The translations under genes and the position numbers were made by a program. Under the pieces are notes generated by a model, which was given only the letters and a program-made list of their open reading frames with translations, was not told the origin of the DNA and did no database searches. From Chiloscyllium plagiosum (Eukaryota), in NCBI RefSeq assembly GCF_004010195.1, contig NC_057718.1, positions 63,470,012-63,512,882 on the forward strand: a stretch of DNA of 42,871 nucleotides, written 5' to 3'. Below, in pieces: positions 37,600 through 42,871 of this stretch. Position 1 is the stretch's first letter. Every line of letters begins with the position of its first letter.

Positions 37600-38810
37600 C
37601 TTTATTCATGGAATATGGGCATCGCTTGCTAGGCTAGAATTTAGTGGTGAGCAGTCTTCTTGAATTGCTGGCATTCTTAAATCAGGACACATACAACATT
37701 GTTTGGCAGGAAGTTCCAAGATTTTTACCCAACAACAGTGAAGGAATAAGGATACAGTTCCGTGTAAGGATTGTGTGCGGCTTGGAGAGGAGATTGAAGA
37801 TGGTGCTGACCTTGACCTTCCAGGCAGAACAGTTCTCAGGTTTGAAAGAGATTGAATGTGTGACTGAAATGCACCTATAGATGGTACACTGCTGCCACTG
37901 TGAATCAGTGGTGAAGGGAATGAATGCTGGAAGTGTTGGATGGGATGCAGGTCAAGCAGATAGCTTTGTCATGGATGGTGTCAAGCCTCTTAAGCTGCAC
38001 TTATTTAGACCATTGGAGAATATTCCATCATATTCATGCCTTGTGCCTTGTTGACTATGGACAGGGAGACATGTGAAAGACAAGCAGTCCGTTACTCATT
38101 TCAGAATTCTGAGCTTCCAACCTGTTCTTGTAGCCACTGTATGAGTGGCTGGTCGAGTGAAGGTCCAATGATGGTAATGCCATTGAGTGGCAGGAGAAAA
38201 TTATCAGAATTTCTTACTGGAGACAGAAATTGCCAGTCATTTTTGTGACACAAGTGTTAATAACCTCTTAGAAATCCAGATATGGATGTTGTCCAGGTCT
38301 TACTGCATTTGGATATGGATTGCTTCAGTGTCTGAGGAATTGTAAAAGGTACTGATCATTGTGTAATCATCACTGAATATCCCCACTTCTGACCTTACGA
38401 TGGAGGGAAGGTTATGGATGAAGATGGTTGGGCCAAAGGCACTACCTTGTGAAACTCCTGCAGAGATGCCTTGGAGCTGAGATGACTGGCCACCAAGAAT
38501 CACAAGCATCTGCCTATGTACCAGGTATGAGTCTAACCGACAGAGAGCTTTTCCTCCAATTCCCAATAATTGCAGGTTTGCTAGGGCTCCTTGATGCCAC
38601 ACTTGATCAAGTACTGCCTTGATCACCTCTGGAGTTCAGTTCTTCAATTCATATTTAGACCAATGTCAGAACCAAATGGTCCTGGCAGAGCAGAAACTGA
38701 GTGCCAGTGAACAGATTATTCCTAAGCAAGTACTTCTTGATAGCATTGTCCACAAGCCTATGCTTGTGGCATCAACTTTGCTGATGTTTAAGAGTAGACT
38801 GTTAGGGTAG
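37600..38810 (-). mobile_element. Degenerate LINE RT and 3' end (CR1/L2 group)
   Basis: Encodes IKAVLDQVWHQG..GVSQGSAFGPTIF..FSDD. Confidence 0.8.
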
Positions 38811-39009
38811 TAGTAATTGAAGTCCATATATTTGTTTCCTGAAACTAATACTTTTTCATCTCCAGATTTTGCTTTGATTTCACTTGCACATTCCCATATG
38901 ACCTTTTCCCACATGTACATTTTTGTGTGAGATATCAGTTAAGTGCCAGAACTGGTACTTCTGGGAACATTGATATTTAACATTCATGCAAATAAGGATA
39001 TAAAGTCAT

Positions 39010-39660
39010 TAATGGTAGGAGCAGACAAAGGCCACATGTCCCATCAAGTCTGCACTGCCATTCAATGAGATCATAGCTGATCTGATAATCCTCACCTCCA
39101 CTTTGCTGCCTTGATTTCATGACAAATTAAAGATCTGTCCAGCTCATCCTTACATGTACTTCATGACCCAGCCCCCTGTAGTAAAGAATTGCTTAGATCA
39201 ACTACAGACTGAGATAGGAAATTCCTCTGCACCTCTGTCTGAAATGGCCAACTCCTTACTCTGAAATTATGTCCTCTGATCAGAGGCTCTTCCACAAGAG
39301 GAAATAACCTCTCCACATCTACATCGTCAAGTCCCTTAAGAATCTTCTATAGTTCAATAAGGTCTCCTCTTGTTCTTCTGAACTCCAAACAGACATTAGA
39401 TTAGATTAGATTAGATTACTTTACAGTGTAGAAACAGGCCCTTCGGCCCAACAAGTCCACACCGACCCACTGAAGCGCAAACCACCCATACCCCTACATT
39501 TAGCCCTTACCTAACACTACGGACAATTTCTTGATAGCATTGTCCACAAGCCTATGCTTGTGGCATCAACTTTGCTGATGTTTAAGAGTAGACATATGCC
39601 CAACCTGCTCGATCTCTCCTCATAAGATAGTCTCTGCACATCCAAGATCAGCCCAGTGAA
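39010..39660 (-). mobile_element. CR1 LINE 3' fragment interrupted by a chimeric SINE insertion
   Basis: The reverse complement gives RRTRGDLIELxKILKGLD. The host sequence resumes after 39595. Confidence 0.75.
39397..39529 (-). mobile_element. 5'-truncated HE1 SINE
   Basis: (TAGAT)n tail plus ~110 bp of HE1 3' sequence. The TSD agacat lies at 39391-39396 and 39590-39595. Confidence 0.9.
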
Positions 39661-39739
39661 TCATAGAGTCATAGAGGTCTCCAACACAAAAAATGGCACT
39701 TTGGCCATTGAGTTTGCACCAGTCAAAAACTACTTAACC

Positions 39740-40270
39740 ATTTGGAAGCACTAGCTTTCAGAGCGCTGCTCTTTCATCAGGTAGCTGTGAAACAGGACCA
39801 TAAGACACAGAATTTATAGCAAAAGATTACAGTGTCATGCAACTAAAATGATATATTGAACAAACCTAGATCAAATTAAGTCTTTTATCTTCTAGAATGG
39901 GTTGGTTTCAGTTCATTGATATGTAAATCCCAGAACTTCTTTTAAGTCACATTCTTGAGATAACTTAAGGTTTTATTTAAAAAAAGATGACATTGGTTCC
40001 ATTTCCAAAGTAAAAATTTATAAAATATTACACGGATTGACTGCCTGCAGGTTGCATGCTTTTTGAGCAAAATAGAATGTATCTGCAAATACAATTCTGC
40101 AAATGCAAATTCACCCCATAGACTTATGTGTGTGTGCATGTATATGAAAGAGAGAGACTGTATGTAAGTGTGTCCATATGAGTGTGAGTGCATGTGTGCA
40201 AGTGTGATAGAGTACAAGCCTGTGAGAGGGTGCATGTGTATGAGAGAGAGCACTCTCTCATACACACACA
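39740..40270 (-). mobile_element. Penelope-like terminal repeat fragment with (CA/CT)-rich segment
   Basis: Hammerhead motif at the 3' end and a microsatellite-like stretch at 40120-40270. The family assignment is from recall of shark PLE termini. Confidence 0.6.
39749..39783 (-). ncRNA. Minimal type I hammerhead ribozyme motif, core intact
   Basis: Minus strand reads UAC CUGAUGA A AGAGC agc GCUCU GAAA GC UA GUG. It has the conserved core, a 5-bp stem II, a palindromic AGCU in place of stem III, and a UAC/GUG stem I. Confidence 0.75.
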
Positions 40271-41143
40271 CCCTCACGTTGAGCATCACAAGTGGACATC
40301 TAAGTACTTCTTAAATGTCATAAGGGCTCTTGCCTCTGCCACCCTTACAGGCAGTGAGTTTGGAGACTTCATAAACTAAAAAATCCTTCCTCATGGTCAA
40401 ACAGTTCTATTAACTCAAATGTGATTTGACTGTTAGGGTGAGACTGTTCTTCCATTAGCATGAAACTGAAACCTGTCTAAACTGAACACAAACTGAATTA
40501 CCAGAGGCCTCTGAACATTTGTTTTTCTACTTGTCACAAACTGTGCAGTATAAACACTACATTAATTAACAGCAATGATATGTGGCCAGGCACTTACAAT
40601 TTGTTTTGGTAATTATGTATTTTGGTTACTTTTGGTCTGTAGGCTTCTGCCACTATCATGTATACCCAAAAGCTGCTCAACTTTAAAAATCCAAATACCC
40701 AAATGGTAATACCATATACCTTACATCTTAACCCTACAGCACAGCCAATGCAACACAAGCATGTTAAAAGGAAAACAAAGTGGAAATCTCTTCTCAGTTA
40801 CTGATTATGACAGCTAAAACTACAAATGCAAAAGGAATAATACATGTGGAATGTGCGGCATGATACAAACACTGTATAAATACACAGCAATTCATTAAAG
40901 GCCTGCTTCATATGGGAACTGAGACTGTCAAGTCTCACTGGGATCCTGCTGGATCTCAAACACCATTATTCCTGGAGGTATCACAAAGTTAAAAATCTTA
41001 AAGTACGTGAAGTATTCAATTTACGTATTGGATAGATCCATGCCATTAGCAATGAAGGACCAAGTTTCTCTATTCAACAGAAAACACTATTTATTAGAAA
41101 TAAATAAATCTAGCTGCACGTAAACAACTATGAACTGGTAATG

Positions 41144-41647
41144 TGCAGGATAGGGGACTCTGTGACCCCCATCAGGCACTCTGCTTCCCTTCCCAAGAAC
41201 AAAGACACGGAGGAGTTCGTCCAAAACTATTTATTCAATTCTGCAGAACCGGGTGTTACCTCAATGGCTTCCCACGAGGCACACACACAGATTGTAATTC
41301 CCGCATGTTATATACATGTAGGAGTGGGCTGGGCCTTCTACTGTCTCAGCCAATCAGTGTTAAAGTTCCCCACTGTCCTCCTGATGTATGAGATTATTTG
41401 GTTATTCACCCAGCCAATCAGTGTTCGAGTTCCCCGCTTCTCCCTTATATGGATGATGACGTACAGCCGTGGTTGTGGGCGGTCCCTCAGCCACGAGGAA
41501 AGCTGTTTCCATTGTTCCATTCATGAAAATCTCGGGGAGTGTCTGCTCGTTCTTACTACAAGGTAGAGAAGACTAAAATGGTGGCTTTGTACTTACTATG
41601 TGCTTACTACAGCAGTTAATGATCTAAAAATTACACCACCCCCTACA
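41144..41647 (-). mobile_element. ERV 3' LTR (~504 bp)
   Basis: On the minus strand it follows the env stop and a purine-rich tract (AAGAAAAGACACGGGGGAtt). It begins TGTAGG and ends CCTGCA (imperfect terminal inverted repeat). It contains two copies of cagccaatcagtgtt (CCAAT, ~41347 and ~41411), TATATAA at 41314-41308 and AATAAA at 41235-41230, in U3-R order. The left boundary is uncertain by a few bp. Confidence 0.8.
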
Positions 41648-41681
41648 AATCCCCCGTGTCTTTTCTTACGGTTTGTAATTT

Positions 41682-42871
41682 TTAAACTGGGAGTTTCTTC
41701 TCCAGGGCGTCCAATAGCTCCCGAGCTTGTTTATCAAGCTGCCCGTCTCTAATGCTACCCCCCCCCAAGAGGGATTCAGACTGTTCTATCCCGAGGTTCA
41801 TCCTTTCGACCTGCCCATAAGGAACATCCCTCTTAGTAAGGGCGGTTTAGATCAGTCGCTGAGTTAACCCCCTGGCACAGGGAATGATGCAACACCCGAG
41901 GGCAGTTAGTACCCCTGCCACCACTATACATGAGACGAGAAAGCAAACGACCACCCCCTTCCATTTACCGAACCAAGCTTCCAACCAACCCGTGAGGCCA
42001 GAATCGATGCCCGAGTTTTCGGCGAGTTCATCCGCCAATGTGGTGAGCCCATCCAGGGCGCGGGTGATGGACCCATCAGGGGCTGTGTTGTTGGGGATGA
42101 AAGTGCAGCACTGAGTGCCTATCATGACACAAACACCCCCCTCCTCTGCTAACATCATGTCCAGGGCCAACCTATTTTCCCACGCCATTCTGATAGTCCC
42201 TTCACTGCATCCCGAGTATAATTAATGAACCTCTGCTGATTGTAGTAAATATAATTAATCCAATCCACGTTCTTATTGATGGTAACCCACCAGAACAGTG
42301 ACGACACAAAACCCGCCGCTATCTGGTTCCTAGCCTTGTATTCATCAGGAACACCCCTGGGAACCCCTATGACATCTAAATATATGTTATCATCAAAAGA
42401 GGTCTCCAAAGCCCTCTTAGTTCTTCTACTGGAACGGGGTTGCTCTAGTTTTTCGAATGCCACGGTGAATGGGATGGCCAATTGAACGATTGCACAAGCG
42501 CCCGTCCATTTTCGGGGCAGGGTCTGTCGCAGAATCCTCCCACCACAGTACCACCAGAGGTCTGACCTAGCCACATGAATGTGGGAGTAATTCCCGCCCC
42601 CGGTAGTTTCATTGACCAGCCGAATTGATCCGCTGCACTTGTCAAATGTCCCCACATCATTGTCCCATTGCGATCCCGTCCGAGAGACGCAGGCTTGGTG
42701 CGTACCCGTTACCCCTGTGAATGACGGAGGGCGGGGCGCCCCTTTAGACCTGACGGGAGGAAACTTCAAACTTAAGGGTCGACAAGTGGGGTCGTTCCAG
42801 GCCTCTCGGTCCTGGTACAGCATTATCATGCAGTCCAAGGCTCGTGGGTGTTTCTCCCATCCCAGCGGGAA
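41682..42871 (-). pseudogene. env: Endogenous retrovirus env (gamma-type TM), disrupted by one frameshift and one premature stop; 5' part lies outside the window
   Basis: The frame is open from the window edge through the furin site RTKR and NQIAAGFVSSLFWWVTINKNVDWINYIYYNQQRF. It shifts at ~42188 into MAWENRLALDMMLAEEGGVCVMIGTQCC (immunosuppressive-like domain plus CX6CC) and a hydrophobic TM. After TAA at 41849-41847, 54 more in-frame codons run to TAA at 41684-41682. Confidence 0.93.

Noticed and set aside
41141..41566. 141-aa plus-strand ORF over the LTR, and antisense ORFs over env
   Set aside because: No recognisable motifs; explained as chance or shadow ORFs of GC-rich retroviral sequence.
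31970..42871. Expected upstream PDE10 exon (YHNWKH motif)
   Set aside because: No matching codon pattern was found by eye, so it is presumed to lie beyond the right edge.

Overview
Vertebrate genomic DNA, almost certainly a cartilaginous fish: it carries HE1-type SINEs with (TAATC)n tails and HER1/CR1 LINEs. It comes from a scaffold with a 144-N gap. The window spans part of a PDE10A-family phosphodiesterase gene on the minus strand. Five catalytic-domain exons (31969-31814, 12449-12277, 8744-8633, 5904-5824, 2312-2224) have GT-AG boundaries and compatible phases and splice into an open 203-codon reading frame. The ORF track shows only one of them in frame. The introns are filled with transposable elements: CR1/HER1 and other LINEs, HE1 SINEs, a Rex1/Babar LINE with nested insertions, Penelope-like elements, a Harbinger transposase relic, a MITE and Gypsy relics. 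The right end holds the env and 3' LTR of an apparently young endogenous retrovirus in the same orientation as the host gene. Highlights: (1) minimal hammerhead ribozyme motifs in the Penelope termini, one with an intact core on the PDE10 pre-mRNA strand; (2) an ERV env with a frameshift that would give a secreted truncated protein; (3) substrate-pocket substitutions suggesting a divergent PDE10 paralog; (4) a SINE insertion that captured 66 bp of nearby DNA; (5) a 174-bp symmetric hairpin made of two fused Penelope ends. Family assignments and comparisons to human proteins or TE consensus sequences are from memory, not from searches. Boundaries of old repeats are approximate.
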